Below, one piece after another: positions 51,951 through 60,380 of a stretch of DNA of 64,000 nt (within the stretch, counting starts at the first letter, position 1; every line of letters begins with the position of its first letter). Origin of the DNA: Eubacteriales bacterium (GTDB lineage Bacteria; Bacillota; Clostridia; Lachnospirales; Lachnospiraceae). The stretch is from NCBI GenBank assembly GCA_030524225.1, contig JAUNGV010000001.1, forward strand, positions 25,916-89,915. Reading direction: 5' to 3'. A model generated the notes under the pieces. It worked only from the letters and a program-made list of their open reading frames with translations, did no database searches and was not told where the DNA came from. The position numbers and the translations under genes were made by a program.

Positions 51951-52387
51951 AGCCGTTCGAAATCGCCATGACAGACGGCGGTGCAAAGGGCGCTATGGTA
52001 GCGATGATGCGTCTGGGAACAGACTGGGCTCCGTGCAACAGCAGTCTTGTGACGACCGTGATCCGGGATGAATGGGGCTTTACCGGATATACGCTGACAG
52101 ATTTCTGCGGTATGACAGTGTGGCCGTTCTCCAACTTCGCAAAGGCTGTTCTGGCAGGAACGGACTGCCTGCTGTCCACGGAGAGCCAGGATGACTTTGA
52201 CAACACGCTGAAAAAAGTGGAATCCGTTCCCAATTCCTGGGATGCGGCGCTTCATAAGGCATCAAAGAATATTCTCTATATGGTTGCAAACAGCAGCGCG
52301 ATGTATACGGATGCCCACAGCGGAAAAGACAGGGAAGATAACGTAAGAGTGGAAGATATGGTTCCGACAGAGGAGGCGGCGGAGTAA
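51944..52387 (+). pseudogene. 3' remnant of a GH3 glycosidase
   Basis: In-frame YLKPFEIA from 51944, TVIRDEWGFTGYTLTDF, AVLAGTD, ASKNILYMVANSSAM; the rest of the gene is absent. Confidence 0.75.
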
Positions 52388-52410
52388 TCCGCCGCGAAGG
52401 AGGAAAGAAA

Positions 52411-53853
52411 ATGCAGGCAGTGAATCCCTATCTGCCCAGCTGGGAATATATTCCGGACGGCGAGCCGCACCTGTTCGGCGACAGGATCTATGTGTACGGC
52501 TCCCATGACAAATTCGGAGCGCCTGTCTTTTGCGTCAATGATTATGTGTGCTGGTCGGCCAGCGTGGACAATCTGGCTGACTGGCGCTGCGAAGGCGTGA
52601 TTTACACCAAAAAACAGGATCCTGTCAACAGAACGGGACTCCGGTGTCTCTATGCGCCGGATGTGACCCGGGGACCGGACGGGAGATATTATCTGTACTA
52701 TGCATTTGATTTTCTCGGAAGAATGGGAGTTGCCGTGTGCGATACCCCGGCGGGAAAGTATGAATATCTCGGACACGTCCGTTTTCCGGACGGCCACGAG
52801 TGGGGGACAAGGAGCGGGGAACCATTCCCGTTTGATCCGGGCGTTCTGATGGATGATGACGGCAGGGTCTACCTGTATTCGGGTTTTGCCACGAAGGTGC
52901 CGCGTGTTCTCTCCAGAGGGCACGATCTGACCAATGAGGGTGGTGTTGTGCTGGAGCTGGAGCCGGACATGGTGACGATCAAGGCCGGGCCGGAACTTTT
53001 GTTCCCGCGAAAGGGAGGTGAGGGTGCTTTCGGGAACCATGCCTTCTTCGAGGCGAGCTCCATCCGCAAAATTGACGGAAGCTATTATTTCGTTTACTCC
53101 TCGGAACACAATCACGAACTGTGTTATGCTGTCGGGACGTCGCCGCGCGGGCCGTTTGTATTCGGAGGTACGCTCGTCGATCTGGGGGATCTCTATCTGA
53201 ATCAGGAAGAGGATGAGAGAAAGGCCCGCAATTATCTGGGGAACACGCACGGCGGCATGGTCCGGATTGAGAACGACTGGTACATCTTTTATCACAGACA
53301 GACCAACAGGAATTCCTACTGCCGTCAGGCCTGCGCGGAGAGGCTGCACCGCCGCGGGGACGGAGGCTTCGATCAGGCGGAGGTGACCAGCTGCGGACTG
53401 AACGGAGGTCCGCTGCGGGCGGAGGGGCGCTATGAGGCGCGGATCGCCTGCAATCTCTGGTCGGGAGAGGGCACGGGGCGGTACGACACGCCGGATGCCG
53501 GGATCCGCATGAGAAAGCACCTCTATTTTACGCAGACTGGCGGAGACCGGGAAGATCATGGCGATCAGTATATTGCCAACATGAGGGACGGGGCGACGGC
53601 GGGGTTCAAGTACTTCCAGTGTCAGGGCGTCCGGGAAATCGAGGTGGAGATTAACGGGCGGGCCAAAGGAACGGTGACGGTTTCCACAGAACCCGGAGGG
53701 CGTCAGATCGCCGCAATCCCCGTACAGGTATCGTCAGGACAGTGGAAGAAGTTCCGGGCTCCGGTGGAACTGAAAGACGGAAAGTATGCCCTTTATGTGA
53801 CCTATCAGGGCAAAGGAAGGATCGGCTTCAAAAGCCTGCTGTTTATCTGCTGA
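52411..53853 (+). CDS. GH43 glycoside hydrolase with C-terminal CBM6-like domain
   Basis: YIPDGEPHLFGDRIYVYGSHD, YAPDV, FDPGVLMDDDG, FFEASS, GNTHGG, AGFKYF. Confidence 0.9.
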   Translation: MQAVNPYLPSWEYIPDGEPHLFGDRIYVYGSHDKFGAPVFCVNDYVCWSASVDNLADWRCEGVIYTKKQDPVNRTGLRCLYAPDVTRGPDGRYYLYYAFDFLGRMGVAVCDTPAGKYEYLGHVRFPDGHEWGTRSGEPFPFDPGVLMDDDGRVYLYSGFATKVPRVLSRGHDLTNEGGVVLELEPDMVTIKAGPELLFPRKGGEGAFGNHAFFEASSIRKIDGSYYFVYSSEHNHELCYAVGTSPRGPFVFGGTLVDLGDLYLNQEEDERKARNYLGNTHGGMVRIENDWYIFYHRQTNRNSYCRQACAERLHRRGDGGFDQAEVTSCGLNGGPLRAEGRYEARIACNLWSGEGTGRYDTPDAGIRMRKHLYFTQTGGDREDHGDQYIANMRDGATAGFKYFQCQGVREIEVEINGRAKGTVTVSTEPGGRQIAAIPVQVSSGQWKKFRAPVELKDGKYALYVTYQGKGRIGFKSLLFIC

Positions 53854-53880
53854 TAACCCGGGACCGGATCACACTACAGT

Positions 53881-53911
53881 AAAAAGACGCTGCGTCTGCG
53901 GCGTCTTTTTT
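53881..53911 (+). terminator. Rho-independent terminator
   Basis: AAAAAGACGCTGC-GTCT-GCGGCGTCTTTTTT. Confidence 0.8.
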
Positions 53912-54069
53912 CGGGTGACAGATGAAAATCGCGTGTGCTATACTTTTTCCTATATCAAAGTGCGGCGGTTCGGGAGACGGCCCCGCCGGTCCGGGCAGGG
54001 CAGGCGGAGCGCCGAGGTGTGATCCGGTTCCGGATCGCTGCGCTATCTTTAGAAAAAGGAAGTCATAGC

Positions 54070-56379
54070 ATGGATATTATTAAGAAAATCACCGAAGAAC
54101 TGAAGATCAAACGCTCGCAGACAGAGGCGGCCGTCAAGCTCATCGACGAGGGGAATACGATCCCGTTCATCGCGCGTTACCGGAAAGAGGCGACGGGCTC
54201 GCTGAACGACGAGCAGCTGCGCGAGCTGGCGGAGAAGCTGACGTACCTGCGCGGTCTGGAGGAGAAAAAGGCAAGCGTGCTCGCCAGCATCGAGGAGCAG
54301 GGCAAGCTCACACAGGAGCTGCGGGAGCAGATCGAGGCGGCGCAGACCCTCGTGGCGGTGGACGATCTGTACCGCCCGTACCGTCCCAAGAGAAAGACGA
54401 GGGCGAGCATGGCGCGGGAGAAGGGACTGCAGGGGCTGGCGGACTATCTGCTGGAGCAGAGCGCGAAGGAGCCGGTGATCCGCGAGGCGGCGCGCTACGT
54501 CGATCCGGAGAAGGGCGTGGAGACGCCGGAGGAGGCGCTGGCAGGCGCGCGCGATATCATCGCGGAGCAGATTGCGGACGAGGCGCAGTACCGGAGCGAG
54601 ATCCGGGATCTGACATGGAAGCAGGGGACGATCACCTCCGCGGCGACGAAAGAGGCGGCTGCGGCGGAGGGCGCTGCCGGGAAAAAGGCGGCGTCCGGTG
54701 CAAAATCGACGGGGAAAGCGGACGCAGAGGAAGCGCAGACGGCGGGAACTCCCTCCAAAGCGGCGGCAAAGGCCGCGCAGGCCAAGACAGCCGAGCGCCG
54801 CGGCGTCTACGAGATGTATTTTGAATTCGAGGAGCAGATCGCGAAGATCCCCGGCTACCGTGTGCTGGCCTTAAACCGGGGCGAGGAGGAGAAGTGCCTG
54901 AGTGTGAAAATCAATGCGCCCCGGGAGGAGATTCTCTCTTATCTGGGCAGTCAGGTGATCCGCAGGGAGATTGTGGGCGGTTCCGGATTCTCCGTCCGGG
55001 AGAATGAGCATACCGCGCCGGTGCTGCGGGAGGTGATTGAGGACAGCTACGACCGTCTGATTGCGCCCGCCATTGAGAGAGAACTGCGCAGCCAGCTGAC
55101 TGAGAACGCGGAGGACGGGGCGATCACGGTGTTCCGCAAGAATCTGGAGCAGCTGTTGATGCAGCCGCCGATCGCGGGCAGGACGGTGCTGGGCTGGGAT
55201 CCGGCGTTCCGCACGGGCTGTAAGCTGGCCGTCGTCGATCCGACGGGCAAGGTGCTCGACACGAAGGTGATCTATCCGACGGCTCCCCAGAATAAAGTCG
55301 CGGAGGCCAAAGCGGAGTTAAAGAAGCTGATCGACAAATACGATATCTCTCTGTTCAGCGTCGGAAACGGGACGGCGTCGCGGGAGTCGGAACAGATCAT
55401 CGTGGACTTTTTCCATGAACTGAAAAAGCCGATGCAGTACGTCATCGTCAATGAGGCGGGAGCGTCGGTCTACAGTGCGAGCAAGCTGGCGACCGAGGAA
55501 TTCCCGAACTTTGACGTCGGACAGCGGAGCGCGGCGTCGATCGCCCGCCGTCTGCAGGACCCGCTGGCGGAGCTGGTCAAGATCGATCCGAAGTCGATCG
55601 GCGTCGGACAGTACCAGCATGATATGAATCAGAAAAAGCTGGGAGAGGCGCTGGGCGGCGTGGTGGAGGACTGTGTGAACCGCGTCGGCGTGGATCTGAA
55701 TACGGCATCTTTCTCCCTGCTCTCCTATATTTCCGGTATCTCGGCGACGCTGGCGAAGAATATCGTCGCGTACCGGGAGGAAAACGGACGCTTCACGAGC
55801 CGCGCCCAGCTCAAAAAGGTTCCGAAGCTCGGGCCGAAGGCCTTTGAGCAGTGCGCGGGATTCCTGCGCATCACGGGTGGCACGAATCCGCTGGATGCGA
55901 CGAGCGTCCACCCGGAGTCGTACCCGGCGGTGCAGAGTCTGTTAAAGGAGCTGGGAATCTCCATGGATGATCCGTCGGTGCGCATGGCGGGCAAGCTCGT
56001 GGCGGATAAGAAGAAAACGGCGGAGCGACTCGGAATCGGAGAAATCACACTGACCGATATTCTGAAGGAGCTGGAGAAGCCCGCCAGAGATCCCAGAGAG
56101 GATATGCCCGCGCCGATCCTGCGCAGCGACGTCCTCGCGATGGAGGATCTGACGCCGGGGATGAAGCTCAAGGGAACCGTCCGCAATATCGTGGATTTCG
56201 GGGCGTTCGTCGATATCGGCGTCCATCAGGACGGTCTTGTGCACATTTCACGCCTCTCAGACCGGTTTATCAAGAGTCCGCTGGAGGTGGTGCGAGTCGG
56301 CGACGTCGTGGACGTCACGGTCGTCTCTGTCGACGCGGCCAAGAAGCGGATCGCGCTGTCGATGAACGGGAAGATGTGA
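54070..56379 (+). CDS. tex: Tex family RNA-binding transcription accessory protein
   Basis: GNTIPFIARYRKEATG, DPAFRTGCK, GNGTASRE, KSIGVGQYQHD, C-terminal S1 domain FGAFVDIGVHQDGLVHIS. Confidence 0.96.
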   Translation: MDIIKKITEELKIKRSQTEAAVKLIDEGNTIPFIARYRKEATGSLNDEQLRELAEKLTYLRGLEEKKASVLASIEEQGKLTQELREQIEAAQTLVAVDDLYRPYRPKRKTRASMAREKGLQGLADYLLEQSAKEPVIREAARYVDPEKGVETPEEALAGARDIIAEQIADEAQYRSEIRDLTWKQGTITSAATKEAAAAEGAAGKKAASGAKSTGKADAEEAQTAGTPSKAAAKAAQAKTAERRGVYEMYFEFEEQIAKIPGYRVLALNRGEEEKCLSVKINAPREEILSYLGSQVIRREIVGGSGFSVRENEHTAPVLREVIEDSYDRLIAPAIERELRSQLTENAEDGAITVFRKNLEQLLMQPPIAGRTVLGWDPAFRTGCKLAVVDPTGKVLDTKVIYPTAPQNKVAEAKAELKKLIDKYDISLFSVGNGTASRESEQIIVDFFHELKKPMQYVIVNEAGASVYSASKLATEEFPNFDVGQRSAASIARRLQDPLAELVKIDPKSIGVGQYQHDMNQKKLGEALGGVVEDCVNRVGVDLNTASFSLLSYISGISATLAKNIVAYREENGRFTSRAQLKKVPKLGPKAFEQCAGFLRITGGTNPLDATSVHPESYPAVQSLLKELGISMDDPSVRMAGKLVADKKKTAERLGIGEITLTDILKELEKPARDPREDMPAPILRSDVLAMEDLTPGMKLKGTVRNIVDFGAFVDIGVHQDGLVHISRLSDRFIKSPLEVVRVGDVVDVTVVSVDAAKKRIALSMNGKM

Positions 56380-56383
56380 GGAA

Positions 56384-56750
56384 GCGGGCTGAATTGTTAC
56401 AAATCCAACTGTAACAGTTCAGCCCGCGCCATTCGCAAAGCCGCGCTGCCGCGCTTTCCGCCGCTCCGCGGCTGCCTTTGCTCATGATCGGGCGCTCCCT
56501 CAGCCGAAGGCAAGAGGTTCAAATTCGTGCGGGCACGATTTGCCCTGTTGCTTCCGGCTGGCTGAACTGTTTTCTGCGTAAGTAACATAACAGTTCATCC
56601 AGCGCCATTCGCAAAGCCGCGCTGCCGCGCTTTCCGCCGCTCCGCGGCTGCCTTTGCTCATGATCGGGCGCTCCCTCAGCCGGAGGCAAGAGGTTCAAAT
56701 TCGTGCAAGCACGATTTGCCCCTCTTGCTTCCGGCTGGCTGAACTGTTTC
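56384..56750 (-). repeat. Family D element: two tandem copies (56411-56574, 56588-56750) plus an extra terminal-repeat fragment (56384-56400)
   Basis: Near-identical ~163-bp units, reverse-complementary to 45022-45190. Confidence 0.9.
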
Positions 56751-56981
56751 CTACATAAAATATTCATATTTTAAAACTTGCATAATTCTGGCCGAGGAAA
56801 TATCATAGAAGAAGTTTCCTGTGTATTTTACCGCGTTGCAGTGAAAAAGTTCTGCGGCGCGTCATGAATTGATACAGCAGGTATTATGTGAAAAATCCAA
56901 ACATGCAGCCGCAGCAGATACGGCTGCATGTTTGTTCCATGTCAAAATACAGGACAGAGAGTCGGAGAGAACGGAATTTCT

Positions 56982-58235
56982 ATGGAATATGAATATTACG
57001 GATATGAGCAGGAATACGATCAGGATTATCAGGAGGAGTATGCGGCGTGGGAGCGCAGACGGGCGCTGCGCAGGGAGAGAATGCTGCGCAGGAGGCGGAT
57101 GCGTCTGGTCCGTCGGATGGTGGCGCTGGTCGCTGTTGCGGCGCTGTTGTCGATTCTTGTTTTTTCTGTGGGGAGCTTGCAGCGCAGTGCGAGGGAGAAT
57201 GCTGCGGAGGCGGAGAGCGCGGCTTTCGTTGCACAGGTAATTCCGGAGACGGCTTCCACGGCACAGGAGGCACAGGAGACGGAGGATGCCGCGCAGGAGG
57301 AAAGCAATGTGCTGCTCGCGCAGGCGGATGAGAATACGGTACAGCTGGGCGGGGATATTGTCAGCACGAATGCGCTCTTAATTTCTCTGGATGACGGGCG
57401 TATCGTGGCGCAGAAGGGAGATCCCATGGCACGCATTGTGCCGGCCTCCATGACGAAAGTGCTGACGGTTCTGACCGCGATCGACCATGTGGAGAATCTG
57501 GATGATACCTTTGAGATCACGCTGACGGAGACGGATTACAGTTACGCCAATGACTGCAGCAATGTGGGCTTCGAGGTGGGGGAGACGCCGACAATCCGGG
57601 ATCTCTTCTACGGGACGATTCTTTCTTCCGGTGCGGATGCGGCGGTGGGGCTGGCCGATTACATCTCGGGAACGCAGGAGGAGTTCGCACAGCTGATGAA
57701 CGACAAGCTGGAGGAACTGGGGATTGCGGACAGCGCGCATTTTACGAATGCGGTTGGCGTTTACGATGAGAATCTGTACTGTACGCCGTACGACATGGCG
57801 GTTATTATGGACGCCGCGATGAAAAATGATTTCCTGAGAGAGGTGCTCTCCGCGCACACCTACACGACCTCGCAGACGACAGAACATCCGGAGGGACTGC
57901 TTATTTCCAACTGGTTTCTGCGCCGGATCGAGGATAAGGACTCCGGCGGAGGATTTGTCCTCGGCGCGAAGACTGGCTATGTAGCGCAGTCCGGCAACTG
58001 TGCGGTGAGCTATGCCACGGACGAGGATGGAAAGGCCTATATCTGTGTGACGGCGGATGCATCGAGTTCTTGGCGGTGTATCTACGATCACGCCGCGATC
58101 TATAAAGAGTTTATTGCAGGAGCGAGAGTGGCTCCCGACGGAACCGTACTGAATGAATCCAGCTCCGAGGAGACGGAAGAAGGGACAAGCGCCGAGGACG
58201 CGACAGAGAATTTCGGCGAAGAGAGAAACGTGTAG
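56982..58235 (+). CDS. D-alanyl-D-alanine carboxypeptidase (peptidase S11)
   Basis: PASMTK (SxxK), SGAD in place of SxN, HFTNAVG, AKTGY; Arg-rich segment plus TM anchor at the N-terminus. Confidence 0.9.
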   Translation: MEYEYYGYEQEYDQDYQEEYAAWERRRALRRERMLRRRRMRLVRRMVALVAVAALLSILVFSVGSLQRSARENAAEAESAAFVAQVIPETASTAQEAQETEDAAQEESNVLLAQADENTVQLGGDIVSTNALLISLDDGRIVAQKGDPMARIVPASMTKVLTVLTAIDHVENLDDTFEITLTETDYSYANDCSNVGFEVGETPTIRDLFYGTILSSGADAAVGLADYISGTQEEFAQLMNDKLEELGIADSAHFTNAVGVYDENLYCTPYDMAVIMDAAMKNDFLREVLSAHTYTTSQTTEHPEGLLISNWFLRRIEDKDSGGGFVLGAKTGYVAQSGNCAVSYATDEDGKAYICVTADASSSWRCIYDHAAIYKEFIAGARVAPDGTVLNESSSEETEEGTSAEDATENFGEERNV

Positions 58236-58465
58236 CGAAGGAAAGAAAATGTGATTTCTGCAGGACCTCCTGCTTTCCGCAGCTGTTTTTCGGAAAAACG
58301 TGCAAAAATCGCGATAAAAACCCGGAAAAATGTGTTTGGATGTTTTGGGATAAGGTTTAAGAAGGTGAAAATCAAATCTGCACCTTTCTTTGAATGGTAT
58401 ATTACCGTGTGCCAACAGGAGTATGCGAGCTGTTTTTATAAGATTGTATCTGTGTATGAAATAGT

Positions 58466-58500
58466 GAAAAGTCCCTGCTTTCTTGAGGCAGGGACTTTTC
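58466..58500. terminator. Bidirectional terminator
   Basis: Perfect GAAAAGTCCCTGC / GCAGGGACTTTTC stem between convergent genes. Confidence 0.75.
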
Positions 58501-58554
58501 GTTAAAATATGTGGAGTTTTGAATATGTAGAATAATGAAATGGGAGAAATCTGA

Positions 58555-58710
58555 TTAAGTTCTGTCGGGGGAAGCGGTTTCTACCCAGTTTTTCAGTACC
58601 AGGTTTACATACTGACTAAATGATCTATCGTCCTGTTCGGCCAATTCTTTTATCTTTTCAATCAGATCTTCATCTAATGTAATACTGACTTTTGTTTTTA
58701 ATGGTCTCAT
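58555..58710 (-). CDS. Ribbon-helix-helix (CopG/Arc-like) small protein, 51 aa; not in the ORF track
   Basis: MRPLKTKVSITLDEDLIEKIKELAEQDDRSFSQYVNLVLKNWVETASPDRT; GGAGG RBS. Confidence 0.85.
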   Translation of the reverse strand: MRPLKTKVSITLDEDLIEKIKELAEQDDRSFSQYVNLVLKNWVETASPDRT

Positions 58711-58790
58711 AAATATCCTCCGTCACAAAAGTATCACTAAGGAAGAAAAATACTTAAATATGCGATAAAGCAGGATAAAATAGTAGAAAT

Positions 58791-58952
58791 TTATATGGAT
58801 TTATTTCTCGCATCTTCGCGTTCTACCCATTGTCTTAAAATCAGATTTACATACTGGCTGAAAGAACGATCGTCTTTTTCTGCTAGTTCTTTGATTTGTG
58901 TGACCAAATTTTCGTCTAACGTGATACTGACCTTTGTTTTGAGAGGTTTCAT
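58791..58952 (-). CDS. Ribbon-helix-helix small protein paralogue, 53 aa; not in the ORF track
   Basis: MKPLKTKVSITLDENLVTQIKELAEKDDRSFSQYVNLILRQWVEREDARNKSI; AAGGA RBS. Confidence 0.85.
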   Translation of the reverse strand: MKPLKTKVSITLDENLVTQIKELAEKDDRSFSQYVNLILRQWVEREDARNKSI

Positions 58953-59006
58953 AGGTATTCCTTTTTTTGATTAAAATACCACTATATACGATTTTTGGTT
59001 GATTAA

Positions 59007-59037
59007 TAGGATAAAGTAGGATAAAGTAAGATAAAAG
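59007..59037. promoter_or_regulatory. Phased 10-bp direct repeats, candidate RHH operator
   Basis: TAGGATAAAG-TAGGATAAAG-TAAGATAAAAG; related TGCGATAAAG-CAGGATAAAA at 58761-58780. Confidence 0.55.
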
Positions 59038-59164
59038 TAGATGGATAAATGAAATGAATAATAGAAAACTCCATAAATCATGAATGAAAATTATTTATAT
59101 TGATTTTCTGATGTGCATGGAGCAAAGAGTGTTGCAGCGAAATTCTCGCTCGATGGAATCCTAT

Positions 59165-60205
59165 ATGACGACATACAAAGAAATCGCCCAGTGCGCCGGC
59201 GTGAGTATCGCGACGGTTTCCCGAATGCTCAATGACAGCGGCTACGTCTCCGAAGAGGCGCAGCAGAGAATTCACTGTGCAATTTCTCAGCTCAAGTATG
59301 TCTCTCCGCGTGTTCCGGAGGCGCTGCTTCGCCAGAATATCAGGGAAATTGCATTCTATACAGAGGATTTGGTAAATCCCTATTACATCATGACCTATCA
59401 GGGGATGGTGGAGCAGGCGCGTGTCAACGGATACCGTGTCGTGCTATGCGGCAAGCCTGATTTCGAAAATATAGGACAATTTGCGCAGGGCGTTATCTTT
59501 TCCAATGAATATCTCGCCCGTTATTATCTGGAGAAATGGGATAATCCTTATCATGTCCCGATCGTCTGTATGCATACAGGTTCTTCCTTTCGGTTAGAGC
59601 GCTCTGTTCCCTGTGTCACGGCGGATATGACGGAGGTTCAGGAGAAGGCAATTGCCTATCTGCTCAAAAAAGGGAAGCGCAGTATTATATACGCTACGCC
59701 AATCCCTGCGTCCGAGAATATCCGGACGCAGGCATATCTGCATAGTATGCGGGACTATGCACTCCCTTCTCGGATATTGAGCCTGTCTGGCGATGAGGTG
59801 GCTCTTTTGTCCTCTTCCGTGCAGAACACATATGCCGAAGCGTCATATCTTGCGCTGGGCGTGGATGCATTTACCGCCGGACAGAAGATTGCCCGCCGGT
59901 ATGCCGGGGAGATAGCGCGATTGCCGGGGCCGAGAGCGATCCTGTGTTACAACGACGAACTGGCACTAGGATTATACAGGGAACTGCGGAGGATGGGATA
60001 TCGAATTCCCGGAGATTTTGGCCTGCTGGGAATTGACGGAAGCAGTGCCGTCAAATACATTGACTGCCGTCTGAGTACTGTTGATCTTTTTCCAGGACGG
60101 CAGGGTAAGAAATGTGTGGAGCTTCTGCATGCGATTCTTCATCGGGAGAAATACCACTACCGTAACCGGATTGCTGTGAAAATCAGAGAAGGGGATACGG
60201 TGTAA
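59165..60205 (+). CDS. LacI-family transcriptional regulator
   Basis: MTTYKEIAQCAGVSIATVSRMLN HTH; CYNDELALG, IPGDFGLLGID, LSTVD. Confidence 0.92.
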   Translation: MTTYKEIAQCAGVSIATVSRMLNDSGYVSEEAQQRIHCAISQLKYVSPRVPEALLRQNIREIAFYTEDLVNPYYIMTYQGMVEQARVNGYRVVLCGKPDFENIGQFAQGVIFSNEYLARYYLEKWDNPYHVPIVCMHTGSSFRLERSVPCVTADMTEVQEKAIAYLLKKGKRSIIYATPIPASENIRTQAYLHSMRDYALPSRILSLSGDEVALLSSSVQNTYAEASYLALGVDAFTAGQKIARRYAGEIARLPGPRAILCYNDELALGLYRELRRMGYRIPGDFGLLGIDGSSAVKYIDCRLSTVDLFPGRQGKKCVELLHAILHREKYHYRNRIAVKIREGDTV

Positions 60206-60271
60206 CTGTGGAAATATTTTTATATTTTTCCGTATATCAATTAAAAATTCTGAATTGTAAGATTTTAATAA

Positions 60272-60285
60272 GGAAACCGATTCAA
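60272..60285. promoter_or_regulatory. Possible LacI-type operator
   Basis: GGAAACCGATTCAA contains the AANCGNTT core; flanks match poorly. Confidence 0.25.
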
Positions 60286-60380
60286 CAAAAGGGGATTCCT
60301 GTTTATGAACAAGTCATCCGGATAGACAGGTTCGTGGAAAGTAAAAACAATGGGGTAGAACAAAGAGGAGGATTAGGAGT

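Noticed and set aside
56397-56767. Similar short ORFs containing AEGAPDHEQRQPR (also 45074-45304)
   Set aside because: Translations of family D repeat DNA with inconsistent starts and no RBS.
56781-56812. Sporulation sigma-factor promoter upstream of the carboxypeptidase (GCATA...CATAGAA)
   Set aside because: Spacing and match are too weak to support.
58555-58952. Type II toxin-antitoxin module
   Set aside because: Both ORFs are RHH paralogues; no adjacent toxin-like ORF was found.
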